From assembly GCF_018977255.1 (NCBI RefSeq), contig NW_024704742.1, positions 73,038,001-73,102,000 on the forward strand: a DNA stretch of 64,000 bases. Direction: 5' to 3'. The notes under the pieces were generated by a model, which saw nothing but the letters and a program-made list of their open reading frames with translations, was not told where the DNA came from and did no database searches. Shown one piece after another: positions 39,655 to 52,395 of this stretch. Position numbers and translations under genes: made by a program. This DNA is from Callorhinchus milii (lineage: Eukaryota). Each line of letters opens with the position of its first letter. Positions within the stretch are counted from its first letter, which is position 1.

Positions 39655-39805
39655 CTCTAGGTTCTGGGTAGCCCCGGTGACCAGTCGGTATAGTGACATG
39701 AATTTGGCAGTGTCCTGTTTGCATTGTTTCTGCTGTTTCACACTCCTCTGACATTGTTTCTTATTTACTTCCTATATGTAGTATCTTCTATTTATCTATT
39801 AATAG

Positions 39806-40030
39806 GGGAATTCTGTAGCTCAGTGGTTAGAGCACTCGCCTCACAAGCAAGAGGACCTAGGTTTGATTCCCGGGCAGGGCAAAAGCTTAGGCAAGTTTCC
39901 TTACTCCGCATGCCTCTGTGTACCTAGCAGTAAGTAGGAACCCGTTTGTTAGTCAATTAATCGATCGCTTTTCCAGGGTAATAATCCCTTCAAAATAAAT
40001 AAAAATAAATAATAATAATTTGGTCATTCA
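39806..40030 (+). mobile_element. tRNA-Ala-headed SINE, long subtype, 3'-truncated
   Basis: ctgtagctcagtggttagagcactcgcc head and central block. Confidence 0.85.
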
Positions 40031-40126
40031 AATGTTTTCTCCCCTTGATGCTGTGTACTTGGGAAGCAGTTTGCCTTGCCTTATGCTTTGAGTTCCACAA
40101 TCTGATGAGTGTGTTCTCTTTGTCAG

Positions 40127-40218
40127 ATGATATCCAGGTCCGTTTCTACGAGGAGAATGAAAATGGAGGAATTTGGGAAGCACTTGGAGATTTTGGGCCC
40201 ACTGACGTTCACCGTCAG
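40127..40218 (+). CDS. NFKB1: p105 exon 7, [31 protein letters not shown]
   Basis: tgtcag acceptor, gtcagt donor, 92 nt. Confidence 0.96.
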
Positions 40219-40994
40219 GTCAGTGAGAGAAGCACAACGCCCTGCTTTTAATATCTTTACACTTGGTGGCTTTCCCCCTTAACTAAAGTCATCTTACAAG
40301 TAAACAAAAGATGTAGTGTTGAGAAGTGTTTCAAAGTACAGATTTTATTGAATGGATTCATGAATGCTTGTCAATCATTACTTTCCCCCATGTTTCCTTA
40401 GTGTAGAAGTGCTGACTTATTTCACACAAATTAAAATCCTTGCAGTTGATATAGAGCCTATAAAGTGAAAGTTTCAAATAATCATGCAATAATTAACTGT
40501 TAAATGTAGTGACTGTGTATTTGTAAGCAAATGTAGAAGCCAATTTCATTGCAACAATGTCCTACAAAAAGCCAGGAGGTGAACGACTGATTTATCTAGA
40601 GGACTGTTGCCCAGGAGACACTCGCTGCTTTTTTTTATATAAATACTGTAATGTCTACCTGAACCGAAGGATAGCACCTCCAATAATTCAGCACTCCCCC
40701 AACAGTACACAGTAGATTCAGCCTGCATTCCTGACATAGAGTTTGAACCCACAGCTATCTGACTCTAGAGGTGAGAGTGCTACCAACTGAACTAGGCTGC
40801 AGGCTGATGCTTGAAATCTGCCACCCCTCCCCTGGTGAAATCTGACCCTCCCTCAAGAAATCTGCTCCACCGGGGCATGTTACAGAGACATCACATTAAC
40901 TTTGTAAAATGCCTACGTTGAGTTATAAATTGTGGTATTCCTTAATGGCATAGCTGAGTAAGAAATCTCATTCAATAAGCATTGATCTTTGTAA

Positions 40995-42955
40995 GTAATT
41001 GGTTGGGAGGCAGGAAACAGAGAATAGGGACAGAATGCTCCATTTGTCCCTCTTCTCTCTTTCCTGCCTCCCAACCAATTACCAAGCCACGTCACAAGAT
41101 TACCTCCGATTTCATGCGCTTTCACCTTTGCTAATAATCTCTTATGCAAAACCTTATCAAGTGCCTTCTGGAAGTCCATATAGACGACATCCATAGACAC
41201 TCTCTTATCCACCATGTTAGTGACCTCCTCAAAAAATTCAATTAGGATCATCAGACATGACGTATCCTTCGCAAACCCATGCTGACTCTCTTTGATTAAC
41301 TTGTACTTGTACAAATACTCAGTCACTCTGTCCCTGATGAGAGATTCCAATAACTTCCCCACAACTGAAGTTCAGCTGACAGGTCTGTACTTACCTGACT
41401 TAATTTCTCCCTCTCTTCCTTCTTAAATAATGGAGTGACATTTGCAATTCTCCAATCCAAGTCATAATTCCTGAATATAGAAAGTTTGGAAAATTATGAC
41501 TAACGCATCTGCAATTTCCTCCCCTACTTTTAATACCCTGGAGTGGAATCTTATCAGGTCCTGGAGATGTGTCCATCTTAGTCCCATTATTTTCTTCATT
41601 ACCATTTATTTATTTATATTAAATTCATTTAGTACTTCTCTTTGGTTTATTTCTAGGTTCCCTTGTACCGCTGGTATTTTGTCCTCTTCCTCTACTGCGA
41701 AAACAGAAGCAAAGTATTAATTCAACAAGTCTGCCATTTCCTTATTGTCCATTATAGTCTCACCTACATCTGACTTTAACGGACCCTCGTTCCCCTTTAC
41801 CACTATCTTTCTCTTAATATATTTATAAAAACTTTTACTCTTGCCCTTGATATCATTTCAAATTTTTTCTCATATTCCCTTTTTGCACTTGACGACGTGA
41901 TAAGGTGCTACATCAAATGCAAGGATTATTATAATTATAATTTTTGATTGGCAGGACATAGCAAGTGCTGATCCCCAGGGGTCTGTACTGGGGCCTCAGC
42001 TTTTCACCATGTATATATGTATATATATATATACACATATATATATATAAATGACTTGGATGAAGAAATAAAGAGTATTGTATCAAAATTTGCAGATGGG
42101 ACAAAGATAGGAGGTACAGTAAATTGTGTAGATGGGAGCAGGAAGATACAAAAAGTCTTAGATTAAGTGAGTGGGAAGAACTGTGGCAGATGGAATTCAA
42201 TGTGGGGAAATGTGAAGTCATCCACTATGGATCCAAAAATAGCAAAACAGAATATTTTCTAATTGGTAAGAAACTGAGAACTGTGGAAGAACAAAGGGAT
42301 TTGGGTGTCCACATACACAAATCATTAAAAACAAGCTCACAGGTACAAAACGTTATCAAAAATATTATAATGTTTTTGATGTTGGCCTTATCTCAAGGGA
42401 GCTTGAATGTAAAGGAGGACACATGTTGCTTCAACTACATGGAGCCTTGGTCAGACCCCATCTGGGGTATTGAGTTCAGTTTTGGGCATCGCACCTCAGG
42501 AAGGATATATTGGTGATACCAGGGCTTAAAGGGTTAAGTTATGAGGACGGGTTCCATAAGCCTTGTCTGTATTCCCTTAAGTTCAGAAGGTTGAGGGGTG
42601 AGCCAATTAAGGTTTTTAAAATAATAAAGAGATTTGATAAGGTAGATACAGAGAAGCCATTTCCTCTGGTGGGGGAATCCAGAACAAGGGGCATAATCTT
42701 AAAATGAGAGCTGGGCCATTTAGGAGTGAAATCAGGAGGTAGTTTTTCACCCAAAGGGTAGATGAAATCTTCCCCCAAAAGGCTGTGGATGATGGATCCA
42801 TTCAAATTTCAAGACTGAGGTGGATAAATATTTGTTAGGTCAGGGTATTAAGGGATATGGGACAAGGGCAGATAATTGGACTTGAGGTACAGATCAGCCA
42901 TGATCTTATAGAATGTCGGAACAGGCTCCAGGGGCTGAATGTCCTGTTCCTGTGT
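40995..42955. mobile_element. CR1 LINE with an internal inversion (minus ~41033-41890, plus ~41943-42955)
   Basis: Minus: SQHGF..SCL..LIEFFEEVT..DVVYMDFQKALDKV..WLGNWL. Plus: DWQ...[38 protein letters not shown]1 3' end. Confidence 0.93.
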
Positions 42956-43426
42956 TACTATGCATGGAAACTCAGTTTGGTTTGGATACTCTTAAGCATG
43001 GTGATGGGTTTCTGCATTTGTCAGACACCTGGCTAACCCAAAAAAAAACCTGGCATACACTGTAGCTGGGTGGGATAACAGTAAATTTAAGGGACTGTGT
43101 TAAGTAACATCTCAAATTGGATCCAATAGCTGACGCTGTCATCAACAGAGGTGGAATTTTTACAATTTTGAGAAGCAAGTATTAAAGATAGAGGTTTATC
43201 CAATCTGTTTAGCTATCACAACATACACTGTGGCCAGAGATCTCTGCAGGGAGCGGGTCCTTCCAGTGGTTGTGAAGCCAGTGCACTTTTGTGAAATAGC
43301 TATGAATTCAATTTAGTTCTCGTGCTGGTGGATCAATAGTGGCACGTTGCCATTTCAGATCTTCAAACAATGAAGTTACACATTTGAATGCACAGATTAT
43401 TTATAATCAAGTCTTTTCTCTTGCAG

Positions 43427-43565
43427 TTCGCTATAGTTTTCAGAACTCCAAAATACCGGGACTTGACTATTTCCAAGCCCGCTTCTGTATTTGTGCAGCT
43501 TCGCAGACGATCGGATAATGAGACGAGTGAACCAAAGCCATTTACATACTACCCACAGATCAACG
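43427..43565 (+). CDS. NFKB1: p105 exon 8, [46 protein letters not shown]
   Basis: ttgcag acceptor, gtaact donor, 139 nt, contains the RRxS PKA-type site. Confidence 0.96.
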
Positions 43566-44121
43566 GTAACTGAACTAAAGAAACTGTAAAAGGTTTTCTC
43601 TTGACTGAGGGTTTTCTTAATTCTATTTCAAAACTGGTAGCATTTTTTTTTCCTTTTTCAAACACTCAGAATAATGGGAAATTATGGTATTTAATTTTTC
43701 AATTATGAAGCATATTGTAGCATATTTTCCTTTATTTACTCTTTTGTTTTTATTGGTTCACTTACAAAATACACAGTTACAGCACTTCCCAGTGTACTCT
43801 GCGAAGTACTTTAAGTCGTCCTCCTGACGTGAAAGGTGCAATTGTATATCAAATGTAAGGATCATTATTATAAAATATTTATTTTTTGAGGAAATAGAAA
43901 CTTGATTGTTACTTCAATGTAATATTTAGGCAAGTTATATAAAATAATACACCAGGGTTTTCGATCTTCCTCTAGATGTCTTGTATCAGTAGAGATCGAT
44001 TACAGATGTCCAGAGGTTGGTTTTGTGCTGCTTCTTTATAGAAAATAACAGCACAACGTCTTACGTATCAGCTGGACTATAATGTACCTTTTTACCTCCC
44101 TCTCATCCTATTCTTCACCAG

Positions 44122-44241
44122 ACAAAGAGGAAGTACAAAGGAAACGGCAGAAACTGTTGCCCAATTTCTCAGATCATTTTGGAGGTGGAGGTGGTGGTGG
44201 AATGTATGGAGGAGGAGGCGGAGCAGCAGGAGGAGGAGGTG
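44122..44241 (+). CDS. NFKB1: p105 exon 9, [20 protein letters not shown] plus Gly-rich region (NLS, GRR)
   Basis: caccag acceptor, gtgagt donor, 120 nt. Confidence 0.93.
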
Positions 44242-46077
44242 GTGAGTACAAAGGGGCTAATAGAGAAACGTACTCGTTACCCTCCTCTAAGGTTTTGAAG
44301 GAAAGTTTTTGAACACAAGGAGAGCAGCATTTTTGCATCTTATGTTAACCAGCAGAGAGGGGCCACTTCTCTTTTATGTGGGAGTTACTTAAATCTGCAA
44401 AATTGCTATTTTTAACATCATTCTTTTGACGTAATGTCTTAAAATTCACCCTTCCACAGCTGGATTCATGTACTGGTCATATTTATAAGCCTAACTGATC
44501 TGTTGATGCACTTTAGTAATGATGAAAGGACATTTTTTTGTGTGGTCAACTGGTGTCTGACACATGTGGAAACCCATCACCATGCTGAGAGGCATGCATA
44601 GAATTTCCAGTCTGCTTTGGATACCCTTAAGCATGGTGATGGGTTTCCAAATGAAAAAAAAGCAGTAAGGAGCTGCCCATCACAAGTTCAATCACTATTA
44701 TGTGGCTGTGCACAGCTCATAGTAGATCACGGCATATTGTCAGTCAGATTCCGTGAATGGGTGTTTTTCAATAAATACATATAGAATATATTGTAAACTC
44801 AATCCCCATGTGTGCGATTTCATTCAGTACTGGACAGCAGCAGGATCATTTTAGTTTGAGAGGTTTTTCTTCCACCTGTGTGAAACTACCCTGTATGCAC
44901 TACATAAATGCAAGTTGATATTCTTGTATTTCATTTCAATATGATATTAATTTCTCTGGCTTTCTCCCCACCGCTCAGTGTGGATCCATTTAGTTCTCGT
45001 TCTCCCCCACCCCACCACCCCACCCACTCCCAGTTTAGTGCCCAGCCAGCAGTGCTTTAACACACTTTAGAAATGTAAAATGTATTGCTTTACATTATCA
45101 GAGCTGCTGTCTTGGAAGATAAAATGTTAAAGTAAGGTCCTAACTGCCTGTTCAGGTGGATGTTAAAGATCTCTCAACAGTATTTCAAAAGAGAAGGGTT
45201 TTTTTTCTTATGTCTTGGCCAATAATCCTGCAGATAAAGTATCATTCAACTAATTCTGTTTGTGGGACTCACCTGATACAAAAGCCTGTTGTATTTACCA
45301 ATATCTAGAATATGTCACAACATTTTACAGTAATTAATTTGAAGTTTTTTGAGGCATCTCAAAGTGAAGAGGTGAGATTAAATAAGCAACTTCTTTTTTT
45401 ATGACTGGAAAATCGAAACCATTTCATCGTAAAATGTGCCGTATGGTTTCAGAATGTCTCGCAAGCAATGTTTTTGTTCAGCTGCAAATCTCTCAGAGTT
45501 GTATTACTATAGAGAAAGAGGAATTTTCGTAATACTTTCTGGTATAGCTACCCGACCCACTGGCTCTTTTGCATTCCGGGCGGTGGTGGGGGGATAACCT
45601 CACAGACCAAAAATGTGTGGTTGCTGTCCAGGTCTGAGCGCACCAGCAACCTCATAGATTGAACTGTAAACTTAGACATCATCCTCTACCACAGGATTCC
45701 TACACTGCTCACATTTCTAACCATCAATGTGAAAATAGTCTCTTGAAATATGCCTCCTGAATGGTGGTGATGCTGCTGTCAAGGTTAATGTCACATTTTT
45801 GTACACTCGGTGTTTTAGAATGTGAGCACTCATACAATACTAATAATTTTGCAAAAAAAATCACAAAAACTGGCTTTTTGCCCAAAGGGAATCATTTCAT
45901 GACCAGGGCCAAAAGGCTGGGTGATTCCTAGTGAAGTTTGAAAATGTGTCAAGAGCAGTATTTGATGCATTAGTATGCCTGAAGTTCAAAGTGATCGGTA
46001 TTTAGATGTGAACTGCAGGTTTAAGTAAGATGACAACTAAGTGTTATTCTCTGATTATAGCTCTGATTTTCTTATAG

Positions 46078-46173
46078 GTTCAAGTTACTATCCTGGATTT
46101 CAAGGATATACCAACTTTAGTCCTTACCCATACCCACCTGGGGCTACAAACGCTAGTGCTGGAATGAAACATG
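46078..46173 (+). CDS. NFKB1: p105 exon 10, GSSYYPGFQGYTNFSPYPYPPGATNASAGMKH
   Basis: ttatag acceptor, gtaatg donor, 96 nt, ends in conserved AGMKH. Confidence 0.9.
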
Positions 46174-47312
46174 GTAATGGGGCTATTATTGTTCCTTTAT
46201 TCAAGCTTATATTTTTTTTGGGGGGGTCAGCCAGTTGTCTTGTCCAATGTGAAAACCCATCACCATGCATAGAGCATCAAAATCAAACTGAAAATTCCAT
46301 GCATCCCACCTACACATGGAAATGTCTCTGTCCAGAATGGAATGCACACTCTCTTCCTGGAGGGACACAACCTACTCACCTAATTCCAGAGAATATTGGA
46401 TGTACGTTGGCAAGAGGGAACCCCAGAGTGTACGTTGGGGTAACTGTTGGAGATTAACCAGCTAAAACCACATAGTTTGCCATTGACAGCACTGTCTGGC
46501 AAGCTTTCCCACTGCTTGTCCAGCTGGGATCACCCTACCCATTAGGGATTTGGCTTGCAGGGTTAACAGACTGATTTGTTAAATGGCAAATAGGCATTGG
46601 GCATGTCTGCTGTGAGGCTCACTCCGCCTTCAGGGGACTCGGTCAGTAAAGGCCGGAGCCCCCCCTTCCCATAGCCACTTCCTCTGTTTACTATAATTCC
46701 ACTTCACTGCCTGGTCTAGCAGCTCAAAAAGGGAATTTAAGTGGAACCTCTTCATGCAGAGGGTGGTGAGAATGTGGAACTCACTGCCAGAAGCTGTGGT
46801 TGAAGCAAAAAGTAGCATTTATTTAAAAGGAAACTTAATTAAAGGATAAGAAATATGAGAGAGGAGATTGGGAGAGGGGAGGTGTGTGTGGAGTTAAACA
46901 CAGCACGGACTAGTTGAGCCAAGTAGCCCGTTTCCATGCTGCATCTCTGGAATTTTATGTACATTAGAATTATTAGATGTAAATTTATAGCTTATGAAAA
47001 TGTTTGTATGCCGCATTGACTGCAAACATTGAGTGTACATTAACCAGACGTTAAATTGGAGCAGAGGCATATTGCTAGGAGTGTTCAGTTTAAATATAAA
47101 TGTGGGCAACATTTTAACATATTCCCTGGATATAAACAGCAATTGGCTGTCACAGTATTTGTAACATTGACCTTTTCTTTAAAGTACGGTACAGTATAAC
47201 TAGCAGACCCTCTGTGAAGGAGTCTCCAATCTTGCCTGCATTCAGAGGCTGCTGTGGATCTTGATATCCTTCACACTAAAGAGTGCTTACCCAGTTTTTG
47301 CTTCTGTTTTAG

Positions 47313-47474
47313 CTGCCGGTTCCTCAATTGAGGACAATGGTGATGATGTGGGGACTGCTGGGAATGACTTTTCCAGTAATCCATCCGAATCGCAGGAGCA
47401 ACCAAAGACCAGCGAGAGGCCCAGCCATTCAGATATCGAAGCAGAAACCACTGAACAAGGACTGCAGGCAGCTG
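47313..47474 (+). CDS. NFKB1: p105 exon 11, acidic linker AAGSSIEDNGDDVG...EQGLQAA
   Basis: ttttag acceptor, gtaagt donor, 162 nt, phase 1-1, open frame; poorly conserved region. Confidence 0.8.
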
Positions 47475-47899
47475 GTAAGTAGACTTTCAAATAGTAAGCG
47501 TTGCTTTGCTGTCAAATTAAAGCTACAACTGGAGTGATTTGTTCAAACTGAGTGCCCATGACAAAAGCTGCACTGAGGGTCATGAATTAAGACAGAACTT
47601 TCAGATGCTGTCAGTCAACGGCATATTCAGTAGCTTTAAAAAGTATTTACTAAAAGCAGGAGAGTGATATTTTAAAGGGGAAGAAGCATTGCATTTCACA
47701 CACATAGCACAAACAGGAGAACATTTTTAAGCAGAAAGAATGTGGGTGTGGCAAAGTGCTGAGGCAAGTCTGCACACATATCTCTTGAGGACAATCTGAA
47801 GTTCATTGTCTGGAAAATACCTCCATCGAGTTCACAAAGTGGAGCACTCAATTGGGATAACATTGGGATGACGTTTTCTAATGTTCTCAACTGCTTTAA

Positions 47900-48045
47900 T
47901 ATCACACACTGTGTTTGTTAGAGTGGTGGGTGTAACTGTGTTAGTATCACACTGGGTATGTTAGAGTGGTGGTATAACTGTGTTAGTATCACACTGGGTG
48001 TGTTAGAGTGGTGGTGTAACTGTGTTAGTATCACACACTGTGTAT
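47900..48045 (+). repeat. 42 bp minisatellite, about 3.3 units
   Basis: Unit tatcacactgggtRtgttagagtggtggtRtaactgtgttag. Confidence 0.9.
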
Positions 48046-48090
48046 TAAGCTGATGTCATGACTGACACGGTGTTGGCTGTTTTGTTACAG

Positions 48091-48232
48091 ACTGGTACTT
48101 TACTGAGCTGGCACTGAACCTGGCAGAACGCCACGCCAAAGCCCTGTTGGATTATTCCATCACCGGGGACGTGAAAATCTTGCTGGCTGTTCAGCGATAT
48201 CTCACAACAGTTCAAGATGAAAATGGGGATGC
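48091..48232 (+). CDS. NFKB1: p105 exon 12, [47 protein letters not shown]
   Basis: ttacag acceptor, gtaagt donor, 142 nt. Confidence 0.95.
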
Positions 48233-48556
48233 GTAAGTAGAACACCTGATAATTGCTATCCTTATAGTGGAAAAACAAACTGCACAGCAAGTCCAGTCCT
48301 ATGAGAGACAGTGAAGGTGTAGTGTGTGACTCTGCAGGATGACCTTTTATGTTGATGCTATAACACTATCTTTGTTTCCCCTGATGGAGAAGCACTGAGC
48401 TGGTGCTATACTGAGCTATACAGACACACACCAATGTGTTGTACCTGCTGTGTAAACCTGCAGGAAATGTTCACTCTGGGCTTTGTAATTCAGTTACTTT
48501 GTTCACTGATGTGGTCGCCTTGGTGACATTTAATGTGATTCATTTTTCTTTTTTGA

Positions 48557-49133
48557 TTGTCAATACCTCACTCCAAAACCGCTGAAACCCTGATCCATGC
48601 TTTGTCACCTCTTGGCTGGACTATTCAAATGCCCTCCTCGCCGGTCTCCCCTCCACTACCATTCATAAAATCCATGTCATACAAAACTCTGGCACCCACA
48701 TTCTCACCCGCACCAAACTCTGCTCCCCGATTACCCCAGTCCTTGCCAGACTGCAATGGCTGCCTGTCCCAGAGAGGATCGACTTCAAGATCCTCACTTG
48801 TCTTCAAATCCTTCCACTCCTCTGCACCCCCCTACCTCTCTGACCTCCTCTCTCCTCACAACAGTCCCCGTTGCCTTCGTTCCTCCGGGTCTGGCCTCCT
48901 CCTTGTCCCCCGAATCCTCCGCTCCACCCTCAGCGGCCGTGCCTTCAGCCACTATGCCCCGAGGCTCTGGAACTGCCTTCCTCACTCCCTTTGCCTGCCC
49001 CCTCTCTTCCCACTTTCAGGTCTCGGCTGAAGACCTTTCTTTTCAACCGCGCCTTTGATCACCTTACTCCCCCTCCCCTTGGCTCGGCCCCGGGGTGGAG
49101 GACGCTATATAAATCCAAGTTGTTGTTGTTGTT
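48557..49133 (+). mobile_element. L2 3' fragment, same subfamily as 2594-4500
   Basis: Near-identical to the reverse complement of 2594-3170; tail aaatccaagttgttgttgttg. Confidence 0.92.
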
Positions 49134-52100
49134 CAACCTGTTATCTGTGATACTGGAATCCATTTTTCCCTATAGAATCATGGTGTTACAGCCAGAAATC
49201 AGTGACTGCTGCCTTCCCTATTTCCCCTCTAACTACAAAGCTATAGGACTTCACAAATTATACTCCCTATCCTGTTAGTACTGTCTGGGGAATACCCCCA
49301 TCTGCAGCTCCTGAAGGGAATCCCTCCATTTTCTGGTTACGTCTCTCTAGGAGTTACGGCGCACAATTGTGCTCATTGTGGAGATGCAGAGCTACACACT
49401 GCAGGGATGGTGTTGCACACAGTAGCCCAGCACTCCATAACACCACAAGATACTGGGACAAGTATATTTTCATCAGCAGTGTGTATCCTGTTTATGCACG
49501 TATAGTTACACATTTAAAACAGGGTTTGCATTGGAATGGAAGTTGTGTCTGGTAGCTAGGCTACCCTCTTTAATGCAGTGTACAGTAGAATACCATTATA
49601 TAAAATCACCACACGCCTTGTAAAAGGACACAGAGTGCTTCCACATTGTGACGTCTCCCATGAAATGACCGTTGACGTCACTGCGCAGAAATCAACAGGT
49701 CGCCGTCGACTTCACTTCTTGCTTGCTGCCCATAGAGCACAAAACCAAGCTAAACACACATCTGTAGGGCATTGCCTTATGAGTGAAAACAGCGTTGTAA
49801 AGAGAGCGTTGACATTTGCTGCAGCATATATCAAGGGATACTTAGAAGCAGTCATTGAGATACAACTTACATTGTGGTTACCAAGCCGTGTCCTCAACAG
49901 AGATGTGGGATTGGTTCTATTTTATTGTTTGTGCAAGTCTTTGTAAATTATAATAATAATAATCCTTACATTTAGAAGGACGTCTCAAAGCCCTTCACAG
50001 GATATACAGTAAAGTGCAGTATCTGTGTGTTGCATAGGTGATTGTGTGAGGATAGTACCATTGAGACTAGTTTTGTGCTGCCAACACTTCAGAATGCTAA
50101 GGAAAGGGTTGCCTTGGTTATAGTAACATTTGCTGACTACAGATGACTCTTAACAGTGCATTTTCTCAGGCAATACTCTCCTGTTCGTGAGTTGAATTGT
50201 ATAATGTCCGTATATGAAATAGCAGTGACATTCATCCCATGCTGCTTTAGACCATTAGTTGTACAGATGGCTGGTGGGGATTTTGGGACTACCTACTTTA
50301 TTTCATTATTGATGATCTAACTTAAGTGACATGCTTATGAGCAACATCGAAAGTTCTGCAGCAACTCCCCACCCCTCCACGTCACCAACTGTAGCTGTGT
50401 GTTCAGCCACTATGCCCCTAATCTCGTCAACTCCCTGCCTCAATCCCTCCACACTCCTTCTTTATCTATCTTTAAATCCCACTTTAAGATCAGCCTCTTT
50501 CTCCGTGCCTATGGTCACCTCCTCATTCCCCCTTCTCCACTCTGCAGCACTCTAAGACATTGTCCTGCTTGAAGGGTGGGAAGAATCCTTGCCCCCAGGT
50601 AATTTGATGCCTCATGAAAGACCAAGGAACTGTGTAATACCCAGTTTAATCCACTTACAAGGAAGACAATTTTTTATACATTCTGGGGACTCCAAGATCA
50701 TACCTAGGATTAGATCAGGTGAAGAACAACAACAGAGCATAACTGATAGGTCAAATGGCTTTTTTAATGTTCTGTAACCTTCTACCAAAGAAATATTATT
50801 GGCCTTATCCTCCAATATTAAATAACAACACACCCTTTCTCAGTATGATTTCTCTTTTTTAAATTCATCACCTAAATGCTGAAATATATTTTTTTGCTTT
50901 AAGAACATAAGCTAAATCAGGGATGAGGAAAAGGTGATGAACCCCTCTTACCCTCCCCCAAAGTTCATAAGCTGTAACTCTTAACTCTTCATCATGTCCT
51001 CTCAGTGAATTGAGTAACTCTCCAAAACTTGCCTCCACACAGCGAGTTCTTTCCATGACCCTGGGACAACAACAACAAGATTACATTTGTATAGCGCCTT
51101 TCACGTCGGGAGGACGACCCAATGGGACGGCAGAATGTGAGATGATAATGGAAGTTGTTCTAGGCTGATCTGTTCTCCTATCCTCATTCTGTTTCCTTGG
51201 GTATTTCCCAATTGCTTGTCAATCTTCTGAAAGGGTCACTTTCCAGCCTCACTTGTCAGTTCTGATGATGGCTTCCCCAGCAATTGTCAAACACTCAGCA
51301 AATGTTTATCTGTGCCTCTGATGTGGTGATTTACCTGTCGTCCATTTCCAGCCTTCCTCATGGTCAGCATCAGCCATCTGTTCTTCTGACTTTACTGAAG
51401 TCAGTAAAGTTAGTGAGGTCCTCGGATGGACCTCACCGGAGTTGGCCACAGCTCTGGCGGTGCAGCAGCTCTTACTCCACCCCTTGCCCCGTGCAACCAC
51501 AAGTGAATTCCAATGGCCTGCCTCCCCTTCTGGTTATCTGCAGGGCATCTTCCCACACAGAATATGTGGAGAAGCTCCACAGGTGTCAGCCTGGTGCAGT
51601 GGTAGTGCTTTCACCTCTGAGTCAGAAGGTTGTGGGTTCAAGCCCCACGTTAGGACTTTGAATTCACATAGTCTAAGCTGACACTCAGTGAAGTGCTGGG
51701 ATTCTATTGCGTTGCTGGAGGTACTATCTTTCAGTTGAGACATTAAACCAATGTTTAATGTTTAACATCCAGTTAACTGTCTGTTCAACTGGATGTTAAA
51801 GATCTCACAACATTATTCAAAAAGAGAAGAGAGTTTCTCCCAGTGTCCTGGCCAACAATCCCCCAAATAAAATTGGTCACTCACTTGATGGCTGTTTTGC
51901 GCTTTGGGATGTCCTCCCGATGTGAAAGGCGCTACACAAATGTAATTGTGTTGTTGTTGTGGAACATGGCTGTGTCACATTCACTTACATGTTATGATAA
52001 AATCCTATGAAGCGTTTTGAGACATCTTCCTGACGATCCTTATATCAGATATAAGGATTACTATTACTTTTAAATATGTGCGGTGATGACCTGACCAGCG

Positions 52101-52280
52101 AGATCGAGGCACACTGAAAACCTCCAGAGGTTTAACTGCTTTTTTACTGTTAGTTGGTGTCTTGTAGCTGGTTTGTATATGGAGGAAGTGCCCTGACTTT
52201 GATCTGGGAATACTGATTTATGGTACATACTGTGAATGCCATGATGTTCAATGGTTTGTTTCGTTTTTCCCAAATGACAG

Positions 52281-52395
52281 GGCTTTACACCTCGCAATCA
52301 TCCACCTTCAACCGTTGGTGGCACAACAACTGCTACAAGTGATTGTCAGCATTCCCAACAACGAGATTGTGGACATGAGGAATCACCTCTACCAG
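52281..52395 (+). CDS. NFKB1: p105 exon 13, ankyrin ALHLAIIHLQPLVAQQLLQVIVSIPNNEIVDMRNHLYQ
   Basis: tgacag acceptor, gtacat donor, 115 nt. Confidence 0.95.

Noticed and set aside
42010..42050. (TA)n tract
   Set aside because: Ordinary microsatellite expanded within the CR1 RT sequence
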